From contig CAVSHR010000005.1 in NCBI GenBank assembly GCA_963727625.1, positions 256,001 to 320,000 of the forward strand: a stretch of DNA of 64,000 nt. The letters are read 5' to 3'. Shown here one piece after another: positions 43,256 to 53,919 of this stretch. A program made the translations under genes and the position numbers. The notes under the pieces are model-generated. The model was not told the origin of the DNA. It did no database searches and saw only the letters and a program-made list of their open reading frames with translations. The first letter of the stretch is position 1. Every line of letters starts with the position of its first letter. The DNA comes from an uncultured delta proteobacterium (GTDB taxonomy: Bacteria; Desulfobacterota; Binatia; UBA9968).

Positions 43256-44341
43256 CTATTTCCCTTCCACGAACTTCTCCACGAATATTTTGTTCCACCC
43301 CTTTTGTGTCTTGATCGGATCTTTCACGAGCTGATAGTAGAACTTCTTGAACGAACGTGATGCGATACCTCGACCTGCCATATCTTTTCGAGGTGAAGCG
43401 TAGCGTGGGTCACGCGCTTCCGCACCAGCTTTGGACAGAGTGAAGTCGATGAACAACATGGCGGCGTGCGGGTGTGCCGCATTTTTCCCCAACATAATTC
43501 CCGCCAGGGAGCAACCCACGGGTTCCAAAAAAGCAACTCCTATCGGCGCCTTTTTCGCCACGCTCGCGGCTGCGGTGGAGGTATAGGTGGCGGGCGTCAT
43601 GGGCACTTCGCCAGCGACCACCAAACTACCCAGGGCACCACCCGATATTTTCTGTACCCGAACATCCTGCTTGGCCAGCTTGTCGAGGAATTCTTTGCCC
43701 TGATGGATGAGCACGTTACCCACAAAGTATGAGCCCGTAGTTGAAGTGGGCAATGTCATCTTACCTTTGAATACCGGCTTTAGGAGATCCTGATAGGTCT
43801 TGGGTGCGTCCTTTTTGGAAATCTTGTTGGTGTTGTACATGGTGACGATGCAGGTTTCCCAGTGACCGGCCCAGAACGGAAGCTTGCCGCCCGGTTCTGT
43901 TCTCGTTGCACCCTCTTCGAGAGCCGCGAGCTCCGGCGAATAGTATGGCTGGGTAATTCCGCGACCTTCGAAAAAGAACGGACCATTGTGTCCAATCACG
44001 TCAACCTTCATATTGCCGGAACGCTGTTCTTCGAAGAGCCGCGTCACCAGCGCCCTGCCGTCTGCTCGAAAGTAGTCGACCTTAATATCCGGATATTTTT
44101 TGTTGAACGCCTTGATGGTAGGGAGCACATTGGTCGGAACCGTCCCAGAGGTGAACCAGGTGACCGTCCCCTCCTTCTTGGCCCCTTCTTCCAGGATCTT
44201 CTGCCGGTCAGGTCCCCGATATGCTGCCAACTCACCCACGGTCTTTGGCTGGGCACTTGCAGGATCGAGCCACACAAACGACGCAGCAACCGCCAGCAGA
44301 GCTGCAACGGCAATAGTCACAACAGAAATCAAATGCTTCAT
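43256..44341 (-). CDS. Extracellular solute-binding protein (AfuA/FbpA-like)
   Basis: Signal peptide, EGAKKEGTV, FNKKYP, APKTYQDLL and HPHAAMLFIDF. Confidence 0.9.
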   Translation of the reverse strand: MKHLISVVTIAVAALLAVAASFVWLDPASAQPKTVGELAAYRGPDRQKILEEGAKKEGTVTWFTSGTVPTNVLPTIKAFNKKYPDIKVDYFRADGRALVTRLFEEQRSGNMKVDVIGHNGPFFFEGRGITQPYYSPELAALEEGATRTEPGGKLPFWAGHWETCIVTMYNTNKISKKDAPKTYQDLLKPVFKGKMTLPTSTTGSYFVGNVLIHQGKEFLDKLAKQDVRVQKISGGALGSLVVAGEVPMTPATYTSTAAASVAKKAPIGVAFLEPVGCSLAGIMLGKNAAHPHAAMLFIDFTLSKAGAEARDPRYASPRKDMAGRGIASRSFKKFYYQLVKDPIKTQKGWNKIFVEKFVEGK

Positions 44342-44616
44342 TATTCTTTCCTCCTTAGACGCTAACACCCAACCACTCGAGTCGGACTCCGACGCTAGAA
44401 CCAAAGTCAGCGCTTGCTGTATAGGAAATTAAAACACCCCTTTTTTCTTGACCGAGCAATATCGCCGGACCGGGGAGCTGTCAATCCCCTTTCTGTTTGA
44501 TGAAAAGTCCAGTTTTACTTCGGCTGGATTGGTCCGCCATAATTGGAATAGATCGAATCGCCGTGCCAGCGCGTATTGCCAATTTCGCAGTAGATGTTGC
44601 TACGTCCGACAGGCTG

Positions 44617-45843
44617 CTAGGGTTTCGAAGTGGTAACGTCCCAGTGACTCGCGCGGACAACGCCCGCCTGTTCAAGTTCGCTAATCTCGGTGTCGCTACA
44701 CCCAATGCCATGGAGAACTTCTACGGTATGCTCGCCTAACACGGGCGCAAAGTGGCGAAAAGTCGGCGGCGTGTCGGACAACCGGAAAGGGGAAGAAAGT
44801 TGCCGAACCTTTCCTTCCAGCGGATGGTCCAACTCCAGCACCATCCCGCGCTCCTTCGCAAACGGTCCTTCAAGCACTTCGTCGAATTCCAGCATCGGCA
44901 CAACCGCGATCTCCTTGGGGATAAGCTCCAGCCATTCATCGCGTGTCTTTGTAAGCATGTGCGCTTTGACTTTGCGTATCAAATCCTCGTTGCCGACGGG
45001 CCTCGTATCTCGCAGTTCTGGCAACCCCACCGCATCGCAGAAGGGAGCCCAGAAATGCGCCTGTGCCGATGCCGCACTGCTCAGGTATTTCCCGTCTTTG
45101 CATCTCAAGTTGCCGATGCTTGGGAAACCGCGCCGGCGGACGCTCTTTTTGCGGAAGTAGTCGGGTACGTTGGCATTCACGAATGCAGTGCCTCCTTCCA
45201 CCAGGGCGATGTCGACCTGTTGTCCGCGTCCGGTTTGCTCCCGCGCCCAGAGAGCGGCCTGGATCGATATCACTGCCAATGCAGCAGAATAGCTGTCCAC
45301 AGGCTGGAAGAGCATGTCCGCGGGCTCGCCGTCCTGCGCCGTCGTTAACGCGCTAACGCCGGACATCCCTTGCGCGTTGCGCTCGTTGCCGGGCCATTCA
45401 GTAAAGCTGTTGCCGAAGCCGTAACCGCTGAGCGTGGCGTAGATCAACCGAGGGTTGATCTTGCTAAGCGTCTCGTAGTCCGCGCCCAACCGCTTATAAA
45501 CACCGAGACGAAACGAACCAAAGAAGACGTCTGCGTCTGCGACCAGCCGATGGAAGATCGCTTGGCCTTCCGGCTTCTGGAGGTTGATAGCTATGCTGCG
45601 CTTATTTCGGTGGGTGTGGTCCCAGGCATTAGACCGGGCCTCACCTTCCAGCGCTTCCAGATTAACGGAGATGTTGTCCCTCGATGCACGGGCTGCCTGT
45701 TGATCGCGATAGTCGCTCCGGTCGGCGACGTCCTCGATTTTCAGAACATCCATTCCAAGATCGGCAAGCATCCACGTTGCCATGGGGCCTGGCACCAGCC
45801 TTGTCAGATCGAGCATGCGAAAACGTTCTAGCGGAAGCGTCAT
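44617..45843 (-). CDS. CaiB/BaiF family III CoA transferase
   Basis: LDLTRLVPGP, LADLGMDVLKIE, RNKRSIAINL, NPRLIYATLSGYG and APVLGEHT. Confidence 0.92.
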   Translation of the reverse strand: MTLPLERFRMLDLTRLVPGPMATWMLADLGMDVLKIEDVADRSDYRDQQAARASRDNISVNLEALEGEARSNAWDHTHRNKRSIAINLQKPEGQAIFHRLVADADVFFGSFRLGVYKRLGADYETLSKINPRLIYATLSGYGFGNSFTEWPGNERNAQGMSGVSALTTAQDGEPADMLFQPVDSYSAALAVISIQAALWAREQTGRGQQVDIALVEGGTAFVNANVPDYFRKKSVRRRGFPSIGNLRCKDGKYLSSAASAQAHFWAPFCDAVGLPELRDTRPVGNEDLIRKVKAHMLTKTRDEWLELIPKEIAVVPMLEFDEVLEGPFAKERGMVLELDHPLEGKVRQLSSPFRLSDTPPTFRHFAPVLGEHTVEVLHGIGCSDTEISELEQAGVVRASHWDVTTSKP

Positions 45844-46329
45844 CTCGTTGTCTCCTTATTCTCTCGTCCATTTAGCTTTAACATGGCCGCATCGGCGCGC
45901 AATCAATCGCACGATTATTTTGATGAAAATCGCGCTGTTGCGGGGATGGTTCACACCAGGTATCGGCTCAGCCGGTTGATTGCGTCACTCTAAATCAGCA
46001 AGCCGAAATCGCACACGCATAATCCGCGAGTCGGCAACAAATCCGGTGAAACTTGTCCGTTGCGTCTTACAATTTGATCCTGGTGATCATTGTGTCATCG
46101 CGTCGGAGACGGATATCAGATTTGAATCTTTATTACGCCAAGCATGTCCTGAGTCTCGTCGAAGGGACGCCCAGCTCACACAGTTAGATTTCATCGTTGA
46201 CGCCACCAACCACCTGAAGTAATAGTCAGCTCACCCGCCGGGGGAGCCTGTTGCGACGGCGTAACTTGATCCTGTCATACTTATGGTTTCTCCGGCGGCG
46301 AACATCTCCGTTTCGTTCTCTTTGTTTTT

Positions 46330-49300
46330 ATGGCAACCCCGACCAAAAAAGGCTCTAAGAATACCAAGGCAAAACCGCGCCGTGCCGTGGTAAAAACATC
46401 GCCGCCTAAACGAGCGCAGACGATTGCCGAACTACGCCGGGAACTCGCCCAATCTTTGCAGCGGGAGAATGCCACCGCCAAGGAATTGCGCGAGGCGCTG
46501 GAGCATCAAACGGCAACGGCCGAGGTGCTCGGCATCATCAGCCGCACGCCTACGGACGTGCAGCCGGTGCTCGACGCCATCGTTGAGAGCGCCGCCCGGG
46601 TTTGCGGAATAGACGACGTGATACTACGGCTCCGCGAGGGAAACGTTGCCGTCCCGCGGGCTCATTTTGGTTCAATACCCATCCACCGCGTTGAGATCAG
46701 TATTGATGAGCCTTATTTTCAATGGATACGCGAGCACGGCGTGCTTCATATTGCGGACATCCGCAAGCAAGACAAGCTGCCATTGGCGAACTTTTCTGGC
46801 AGCTGGCGCACTGTCGTATATGCCCCCCTTCGCCAGTATGGAGAAGTCATTGGATATCTCACCGCACGGAGAATTGAGACGCGTCCCTTCACCCCGGCAC
46901 AGATCAAACTGCTCGAAACTTTCGCCGGCCAGGCCGTGATCGCGCTTCAGAACGTGCGGCTGTTCAACGAGCTAAAGGAGTCACTGGATCAGCAAACTGC
47001 CACGAGCGAGATTTTAGGGGTCATCGCCAGCTCGCCGACCGATATTCAGCCTGTGCTGGACACAGTGTCCGAAAACGCACTGCGTGTTTGTGGAGCGGAA
47101 GACGCGCAAGTCTGGCGTCTAGACGGGAACACCCTTAGGCTTGTCGCTAAATACGGTTCACTGCCATCACGAGAGGTTGGGTCTGAGAGACCGCTAAATC
47201 GCGGCTCAGTGATCGGGCGAGCGGTGATCGATCGACAGACTGTTCATGTACAAGACTTCGCGGCAGCTGCGGCTGAATTCCCTAGCGTGCGAGGCTTAAT
47301 TGGGCAGCGGGGTACCGCGCTCGCCACGCCTTTGCTGCGCGAGGGTGTACCGATTGGGGTGATTCATATTCGCCGGATGGAGGTGCGCCCGTTCACTGAC
47401 AAGCAGATCAAGCTCCTTGAAACGTTTGCCGATCAGGCCGTTATTGCAATCGAGAACGTGCGGCTGTTCCAAGAACTCAAGGAGTCGTTGGAGCAGCAAA
47501 CTGCAACGAGTGAGATTCTGGGCGTTATTGCCAGCTCGCCGACCGAAATCCAACCAGTCATGGACACCATCGCGGAAAATGCGGCCCGAGTCTGCGGCGC
47601 GGACGACGCGGTGATTCGGCTCCTCGAAGGGAACGTGCTCCGACTGGCTGCCCACCACGGCTATATTCCTAGTGTGCCGCTAGAACGATCACTTGACCGT
47701 GGCTCGATAAGCAGCAGAGCGGTTGTCGACCGCCAGATAATTCACATCGAGGATGCGGCTTCTGTGCCAGCGGCAGAGTTTCCGCAGTCCGAGCCTGATC
47801 GAGCACGAGTTGGCGTTCGAACTGCTCTTGCCGTGCCCCTGATGCGAGAAAGTCAGCCAATTGGGGTTATCTTGATTCGCAGAGTGGAGGTCCGGCCTTT
47901 CTCTGACAAACAGATCGCTCTCCTCAAGACCTTCGCCCATCAGGCGGTGATCGCTATCGAGAACGTGCGGCTGTTCAACGAGCTAAAGGAGTCACTGGAT
48001 CAGCAAACTGCCACGAGCGAGATTTTAGGGGTCATCGCCAGCTCGCCGACCGATATTCAGCCTGTGCTGGACACAGTGTCCGAAAACGCACTGCGTGTTT
48101 GTGGAGCGGAAGACGCGCAAGTCTGGCGTCTAGACGGGAACACCCTTAGGCTTGTCGCCAACTGCGGTTTACTGCCGGCACGGCCTATTGGTTCCGAGCG
48201 CCTGGTAGACCATGGCTCAGTCACCGGGCGAGCGGTGATCGAGCGGCAGACTGTTCATGTACAAGACTTCGCGGCAGCTGCGGCTGAATTCCCGAGCGTG
48301 CGAGGCTTAACTGGGCAGCGGCGTACCGCGCTCGCCACGCCTTTGCTGCGCGAAGGCATCCCAATTGGGGCTATTTTGATTCGTCGACTTGAGGTTCGAC
48401 CGTTCACTGACAAGCAGATCTCCCTCCTCAAAACCTTTGCGGATCAGGCAGTGATTGCCATCGAAAATGTCCGCCTTTTCCAGGAGATCCAGGCACGCAC
48501 CCGCGAGCTGGCTCGTTCGGTAGGAGAACTCAAAGCCCTGGGAGAAGTCAGCCAAGCCGTCAGCTCGACACTGGATCTTGAGACCGTATTGACGCGCATT
48601 GCCTCCCACGCCGTACAGCTTACCGGAGCGGCCGGTGGTGCGATCTACGAGTTCGACGAAGCTACCGAAGAGTTTACCCTTCGGGGCAGCCACCAGATCG
48701 AGAAAGAATTTGTCGAGGCGCTGCGTGCCAATCCGATTCGGCTCGGGGGAGGCGCTCTGGCCCAAGCGGCATCGAGCGGAGCCCCGGTTGAAGTTGCAGA
48801 GATTCTCGACGAGCGGGATGCGACCGCAACGCAACTGCGTCTTGTATTACGACAGCTCGGTTATCGTTCTTTGCTGGCGGTGCCGCTGCTTCGCGAGGGG
48901 CGGATCATGGGAGGGTTCACCATTTACCGGCGCACCCCGGGAAGCTTTGCGCCGGAAGTTGTGAATCTGCTTCAGACCTTTGCCACACAATCGGTCCTGG
49001 CAATCCAGAACGCCCGGCTGTTCCGGGAGATCGAGGACAAGAGCGAGCAGATCGAAGCGGCTAATCGGCACAAGTCGGAATTTCTCGCCAACATGTCCCA
49101 TGAGCTTAGAACCCCGCTCAACGCCATCATCGGCTTCTCGGAGGTCCTGCAGGAAAAACTGTTTGGCGAGCTAAACGAGAAACAAGCCGAGTACACCGAC
49201 GATATTCTCACCTCCGGCCGCCATTTACTTTCACTCATCAACGAGATTCTCGATCTATCCAAAGTCGAGGCCGGACGCATGGAGCTGAAGACCGCTACGT

Positions 49301-49749
49301 TCGATCTTCCCTTGGCAATAGATAACGCCCGCACCTTTGTCCGCGAACGCGCCACCACGCACGGCATCACGCTGGATGTAAAAGTCGACGACCGTCTTGG
49401 CGACATCGTCGGCGACGAGCGCAAGATCAAGCAGATACTGCTCAATCTGCTCTCCAACGCGGTCAAGTTCACCCCGGAGGGGGGACGGATCGGGATTGAC
49501 GCCAGGCAGACTGACGGTGTCGTTGAGATTTCCGTAACTGACACGGGAGTCGGCATCGCCCCGGAGGACCAGCCCAAGATATTCGAGGAGTTCCGCCAGG
49601 TGGGCAGTGACTATGCGCACAAGAGCGAGGGAACGGGACTCGGTTTAACGCTGGCCAAGAAGTTCGTGGAACTCCATGGGGGAAGGATTTGGGTGAGAAG
49701 CGAGGTAGGCAAGGGATCGACGTTTACTTTTACGCTACCCACCCACTGA
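46330..49749 (+). CDS. Cytoplasmic sensor histidine kinase with five GAF domains
   Basis: Four QTAT(A/S)E...QAVIA(I/L)xNVRLF GAF units plus a fifth GAF, then H-box FLANMSHELRTPL, N-box NLLSNAVKFT, DTGVGI and GTGLGL. Confidence 0.95.
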   Translation: MATPTKKGSKNTKAKPRRAVVKTSPPKRAQTIAELRRELAQSLQRENATAKELREALEHQTATAEVLGIISRTPTDVQPVLDAIVESAARVCGIDDVILRLREGNVAVPRAHFGSIPIHRVEISIDEPYFQWIREHGVLHIADIRKQDKLPLANFSGSWRTVVYAPLRQYGEVIGYLTARRIETRPFTPAQIKLLETFAGQAVIALQNVRLFNELKESLDQQTATSEILGVIASSPTDIQPVLDTVSENALRVCGAEDAQVWRLDGNTLRLVAKYGSLPSREVGSERPLNRGSVIGRAVIDRQTVHVQDFAAAAAEFPSVRGLIGQRGTALATPLLREGVPIGVIHIRRMEVRPFTDKQIKLLETFADQAVIAIENVRLFQELKESLEQQTATSEILGVIASSPTEIQPVMDTIAENAARVCGADDAVIRLLEGNVLRLAAHHGYIPSVPLERSLDRGSISSRAVVDRQIIHIEDAASVPAAEFPQSEPDRARVGVRTALAVPLMRESQPIGVILIRRVEVRPFSDKQIALLKTFAHQAVIAIENVRLFNELKESLDQQTATSEILGVIASSPTDIQPVLDTVSENALRVCGAEDAQVWRLDGNTLRLVANCGLLPARPIGSERLVDHGSVTGRAVIERQTVHVQDFAAAAAEFPSVRGLTGQRRTALATPLLREGIPIGAILIRRLEVRPFTDKQISLLKTFADQAVIAIENVRLFQEIQARTRELARSVGELKALGEVSQAVSSTLDLETVLTRIASHAVQLTGAAGGAIYEFDEATEEFTLRGSHQIEKEFVEALRANPIRLGGGALAQAASSGAPVEVAEILDERDATATQLRLVLRQLGYRSLLAVPLLREGRIMGGFTIYRRTPGSFAPEVVNLLQTFATQSVLAIQNARLFREIEDKSEQIEAANRHKSEFLANMSHELRTPLNAIIGFSEVLQEKLFGELNEKQAEYTDDILTSGRHLLSLINEILDLSKVEAGRMELKTATFDLPLAIDNARTFVRERATTHGITLDVKVDDRLGDIVGDERKIKQILLNLLSNAVKFTPEGGRIGIDARQTDGVVEISVTDTGVGIAPEDQPKIFEEFRQVGSDYAHKSEGTGLGLTLAKKFVELHGGRIWVRSEVGKGSTFTFTLPTH
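46950..48158 (+). repeat. Intragenic direct repeat, ~198 bp identical (46950-47147 = 47961-48158)
   Basis: The sequence GAACGTGCGGCTGTTCAACGAG...CCCTTAGGCTTGTCGC occurs twice, 1011 bp apart. A second near-identical block is at 47236-47342 vs 48247-48353. Confidence 0.9.
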
Positions 49750-49890
49750 TTTTGGATTTTCGATTGCCGATTTTGGATTGAGGAAGCCGGAAAGAATATT
49801 ACTCGCGCAAAGAGCGCAAAGGACGCCAAGGGGGAACGAAATAAAGCGAGCGGGGCGTGGCTTTTGCGAGCTTAGCGTGCGTGGCGCGAT
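49748..49890. repeat. GATTTTG heptamer run plus CGCAAAG-armed element
   Basis: gattttggattttcgattgccgattttggattg, then cgcgcaaagagcgcaaaggacgccaag...ctttgcgagcttagcgtgcgtggcgcg-like inverted arms. Confidence 0.6.
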
Positions 49891-50081
49891 AATTTTTCTT
49901 AAACTCGTTCTGTTTAACGATGTTACTATCTAACGCTTGGCCGCAGCGCGCCGGTAACTATCGTACAGAGAAATAACCAGTCGTCACCGATGCTGAAAAG
50001 ATAACCTTACGGTGGGAATAACCATGCTGTTCTACAAGGCCGCCACGCATATGTGCGAATCAACCGATAGAGGATGCCACT

Positions 50082-50837
50082 ATGAATACCCGAAATGTGC
50101 CGGACTCGATTGGTCCGCAGGTCGCTAACATCGTGCGGGCCGGCAAAGTTCGGGTCGGCCTGTTTCCCCCTCAGTACACCAAGGATCCGGTAAGTGGTGA
50201 GCCAACCGGGAGTCTGTTTATTGAAATCGGACGCGCGCTGGCAGCACACCTCGGCGTGGAGGCCGAGCTGATGGGATATCCGACTCCTCCTAAATTTTTC
50301 GAATCCCTCAAGGCCGGCGCGTGCGATGTGGGGTTCGCGGGGACCGAGCGCGCGGGTGAAATAGACTGCTCGCCGCCATTCATGGAGCTGGACTACACCT
50401 TCCTCGCGCCCGCTGGGTCGCCAATCCGCAGCGTCGCCGACGCGGATCGGTCCGGGGTTCGAATCACGGCCGTGAGCCATCACCTTTCAACCACGGCTCT
50501 GCGCCGGAAACTCAAACAAGCCGAGATGGCCGGCACCGAGACCCCAGACGGCGCATTCGACCGTCTGCGTTCCGGAAACGCGGATGTATTCGCATCGGTC
50601 CGTCCCGTGCTTTTGGGGTATGCCAACCGACTGCCCGGCTCACGAGTGCTTGACGACCGCTACGGTGCCAACCTCGTAACGATGGTGGTTGCGAAGGATC
50701 AAGAGGGATGGCTAGCCTATATCAGCGACTTCATTGAAAAGGCGAAGGCGTCAGGAGTGGTGCGGCAAGTAATCGACAGGGCCGGCTGGCACGGCGTCAA
50801 TGTCGCGCCCCCGGCAAATCTGAATACGCAGAAGTGA
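50082..50837 (+). CDS. Amino-acid-type (SBP_bac_3) substrate-binding domain protein
   Basis: GKVRVG, LKAGACDVGF, IRSVADADRSGVRI and FIEKAKASG. Confidence 0.8.
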   Translation: MNTRNVPDSIGPQVANIVRAGKVRVGLFPPQYTKDPVSGEPTGSLFIEIGRALAAHLGVEAELMGYPTPPKFFESLKAGACDVGFAGTERAGEIDCSPPFMELDYTFLAPAGSPIRSVADADRSGVRITAVSHHLSTTALRRKLKQAEMAGTETPDGAFDRLRSGNADVFASVRPVLLGYANRLPGSRVLDDRYGANLVTMVVAKDQEGWLAYISDFIEKAKASGVVRQVIDRAGWHGVNVAPPANLNTQK

Positions 50838-50897
50838 GTCTGTCATTCGGGACAAAATGGGGTTCATTTCGATTTACCAGCAAAGGAGGATCTATAC

Positions 50898-51191
50898 ATG
50901 GCTGCTTACGTAATCGTGCGTGTCTTGGAAATGCGTAATACGGCTTGGCGCGAGGAATATGCACCGAAGACGGCGGCACTGGTGCAGAAACATGGTGGCA
51001 AGTTTCTGGTGAGGGGCGGCGCCAAGGAGAGCCTGGAGGGAGGCGGCAAGCTGCCGGTCAATATCGTCGTCATAGAGTTTCCGTCCATGGAAAAAGCCAA
51101 GGCGTGGCACGACGACCCTGCTTATGCGCCGTTGATCAAGCTGCGACAATCGGGCTGTGATGCCGAACTTGTTCTGGTTGAAGGTATCTAA
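50898..51191 (+). CDS. DUF1330 family protein
   Basis: HGGKFLVRGG, VVIEFPSMEKAKAW and Y...R. RBS AGGAGG. Confidence 0.92.
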   Translation: MAAYVIVRVLEMRNTAWREEYAPKTAALVQKHGGKFLVRGGAKESLEGGGKLPVNIVVIEFPSMEKAKAWHDDPAYAPLIKLRQSGCDAELVLVEGI

Positions 51192-51479
51192 GCCCTCACC
51201 TGGTTTGACATTATCGATTCATCTTTGATAGCGGCTAAGATACTTCCTTCCGCAGTAACCGGCTCCCTCAATTCTATCGAGATCGGCGAGGCAATACATC
51301 ATGTTACGTCGAAGGAGCAATTCTAACAGAATTGTTTGAAGCCAGCCGCTCCGGTGATTTAACCTGCCAGAGTTGCTGGCTTGTTTATTTCTTAAATAGG
51401 CCGTTAGCAGCATTCTTGGGGTCTCGGTGACCATGCCTCAATACCGATTTTTTAACCGTTAGATAAAGGAGAGCAGCTT

Positions 51480-52164
51480 ATGACTACGAACAAGGGCAAC
51501 CGGCAGTTCATTGACTCTGTCATCAGGAAAATTATCCAGCCGGGTATGGACCGGCTGATGGAAACGCCGCTACTTCTCCGACCTGCGAGCAGGCAAGCTT
51601 ACTACCCGCCGGATCCAAGGTTTCGCCATGCAGCACTACATCCACAATATGGGCATTCTCAAAGCGTTCGCTCTCGGGGCGACCCAGCACGCCGCCGATG
51701 ACCGGACTTTTACGGCGTATGCCACGGCCATGGGTGAGGAACTGACCCACCCCAACATGTGCAAGACTTTGGGCTTCTCCTTGGGCCTCACGGAGAAGGA
51801 CTTCGACAACGCCGTGCCGGTACCCGGCGCCCTGGTGCACACGGCGGTGTGTATTCACGGGATATTCCTGGTGTCCGTCGCTGAGATGCGTGCCATGGCG
51901 CTGTCCAACGAGACGATGGTCCAACGTTACGCCGAAGAGTTCGACGAATACCTATCGAAGGCACCCTACAACATGTCGGAGCAAGCCCGCGAGTTCTTCA
52001 TCGTTCACAAGGGCGCCGACGTCGAGCACACCGAGCGCTCGGCCGCCGCCATCGCGGAGAGCGCGACCAGCGACGAGGATCAGGAAAAGGTTCGAACGAT
52101 TTGCCGGAACATGGCCGGGTTCAAGCTCGGCAAGTTCGACAGCATCTACGACGAGTACGCCTGA
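51480..52164 (+). pseudogene. Heme-oxygenase-like (TenA/PqqC/CADD) iron-containing redox protein, +1 frameshift at ~51568
   Basis: MTTNKGNRQF...LMET joins YFSDLRAGKLTTRRIQGFAMQHY after removing one base. It carries EELTH, SNE and HKGADVEH metal-ligand motifs. Confidence 0.75.
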
Positions 52165-52452
52165 CTGTGCGGCTGGACAATTCCTTGCTTGCCCAATTTT
52201 GTTGCACCGCATCACGTTCGTGCTCGCGCCGCTTCGCCTATCGACGAGGATTTACCCGCGACCCCGACAGCGTCGTGGCGGCGCATCGCTCGCACAAGCG
52301 CCGCGTTCGCAAGGCGAACTTTTACAAGTGCAGGCGAAGAGACAGCATTAGATCCTGCAGCGCCGGAAACGCCGCCTAGTTCTGCTTAACGTTAGCGCCA
52401 CGGTCGAATTGAGATTTCCTCTTCAAACAAATCAAACGGCGGAGAAATCACG

Positions 52453-52605
52453 ATGGCAGAGAACACTCAATCACCGGTCATGCTCATCCACAAAATGTCT
52501 CAAGGACACTACCTCTCGCAGGCGGTTTACGCGGTAGCCAAGCTCGGCATCGTCGGCTTGCAAGGGCGCGGTAAAGCACTTGCCACGTTGTGGCGCTTGG
52601 AATAG
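52453..52605 (+). pseudogene. N-terminal remnant of an O-methyltransferase (dimerisation domain)
   Basis: GGAGA RBS, then MAENTQSPVMLIHKMSQGHYLSQAVYAVAKLGI, unrelated residues and a stop at 50 aa. Confidence 0.6.
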
Positions 52606-52689
52606 ATTGCACGAGTGTTGGCAAACAACCTCGCGCACATCGGGACTTTCGGGGTTAAATCCGTTGGACGAAAAACCAAGGAGATAGCC

Positions 52690-53716
52690 ATGATCGACAT
52701 GCATGCCCATTGGAGGCCCGCCGAGCTGATCGACGCCCTGCGCGCCCGTATCAAGGAACCGCGCATCGTGCGCAACCAGGACGGCGCAGAAGTGCTGAAG
52801 AGCCGGATCGGCGAGGAGCCGGTGTCCAAGGCGTTCGATGACGTGGAATTCCATCTCGCAAGGATGGCTCGCCAGGACGTGAGCACCAGCGTGCTGTCGC
52901 TGCTCGGCGCGTTCTGCTGGATCGAGTCGCAGCCGGTCGAGGTTTCGCTGCCGCTGTGCCAGATGGTCAACGACGCGCTGTCGGGGATTTGCCAGAAACA
53001 CCCGGGGCGCTTCCGTGTGTTTGCCGCGCTGCCGCTCGTGGATATATCTGCCGCCGCCGCCGAGTTCGAGCGCGCGCTGGCGCTGCCGGGCGTGGTCGGC
53101 GCGCAAGTGCCGGGAAACGGTTTTCTCACCAAGAAGGACGCCGAAGCCATGCGCCCGCTTTTGGAAGTGGCAAACCATCACCATGCGATCGTGTTCATTC
53201 ATCACGGTCCGCGGCCGGGCGACGCGTTTCCCAAGGTCGCCAGCGACACCGACAACGCGCGGCGCCGCAACGGCACGCTCGACATGCAGGCGAGCCTCTC
53301 CTCGGTGATGGTGACGCTGTGCCTCACCGACTACCTAGCGCCCTACCCCGATGCGACGGTTCTGGTGCACAATCTCGGCGGCAATATTCCCTACGAGATC
53401 GAGCGCATGGATCACCGCTGCCTGCTGGATACACCGAACGAGGAACTGCCATCGTCTCGCTTCCGCCGCGCCAAGGTGTACGTCGACTGCAACTCGTTCG
53501 GCCCGCGTGCGATCGAGGCCGCGGTGCGCTGTTACGGCGCCGAGCGCATCGTCTGCGGCACCGACGGCACCGAATTCGGCTGCGAGTGGACCAACAAGGC
53601 GCTTGCGGACGCGGAGATCGGCGAGGATGCGCGCGCGAAGATCTTGCACCGCAACGCCGACAGCGATGATGTCGCGGGTCGGAAATTCCGCGCAGCGCGA
53701 AACCGTCGCCGCGTAA
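52690..53716 (+). CDS. Amidohydrolase_2 family protein (apparent +1 frameshift at ~53660; read-through ORF ends 53766)
   Basis: IDMHAH, VFIHHG, VHNLGG, GTD and ILHRNA. The alternative-frame tail AMMSRVGNSAQRETVAA* matches the frame of the downstream duplicate. Confidence 0.85.
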
Positions 53717-53919
53717 CCCCCAACCTCTGCGGAGAACGGCGAAAAACCGGATCGAATATTTCATGAGCCAATCCTGATACTTTGTACGCCATCACACCAT
53801 TTGTGGTGCAACCATTTGCCTGCGCGCTCTCGGCACATGCCAAAGCGCCGCATTGGGCACTTCATGAAGGTCTGAAGTGAACCTTCTCTGAAGATACTGA
53901 ATTATGGTACTATTCGCGT

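Noticed and set aside
44488-45932. Shared TTTGATGAAAA motif upstream of the SBP and CoA-transferase genes as an operator
   Set aside because: It is short and AT-rich, a similar string occurs at ~9642, and no regulator is nearby. Too weak to call.
46950-48353. Repeat pair as a DGR template/variable repeat
   Set aside because: Both copies are in-frame in one gene, the differences are not adenine-specific, and no reverse transcriptase is present.
50450-50475. GGGGTTCGAATC resembling a tRNA T-loop
   Set aside because: It lies inside the SBP coding sequence and forms no cloverleaf.
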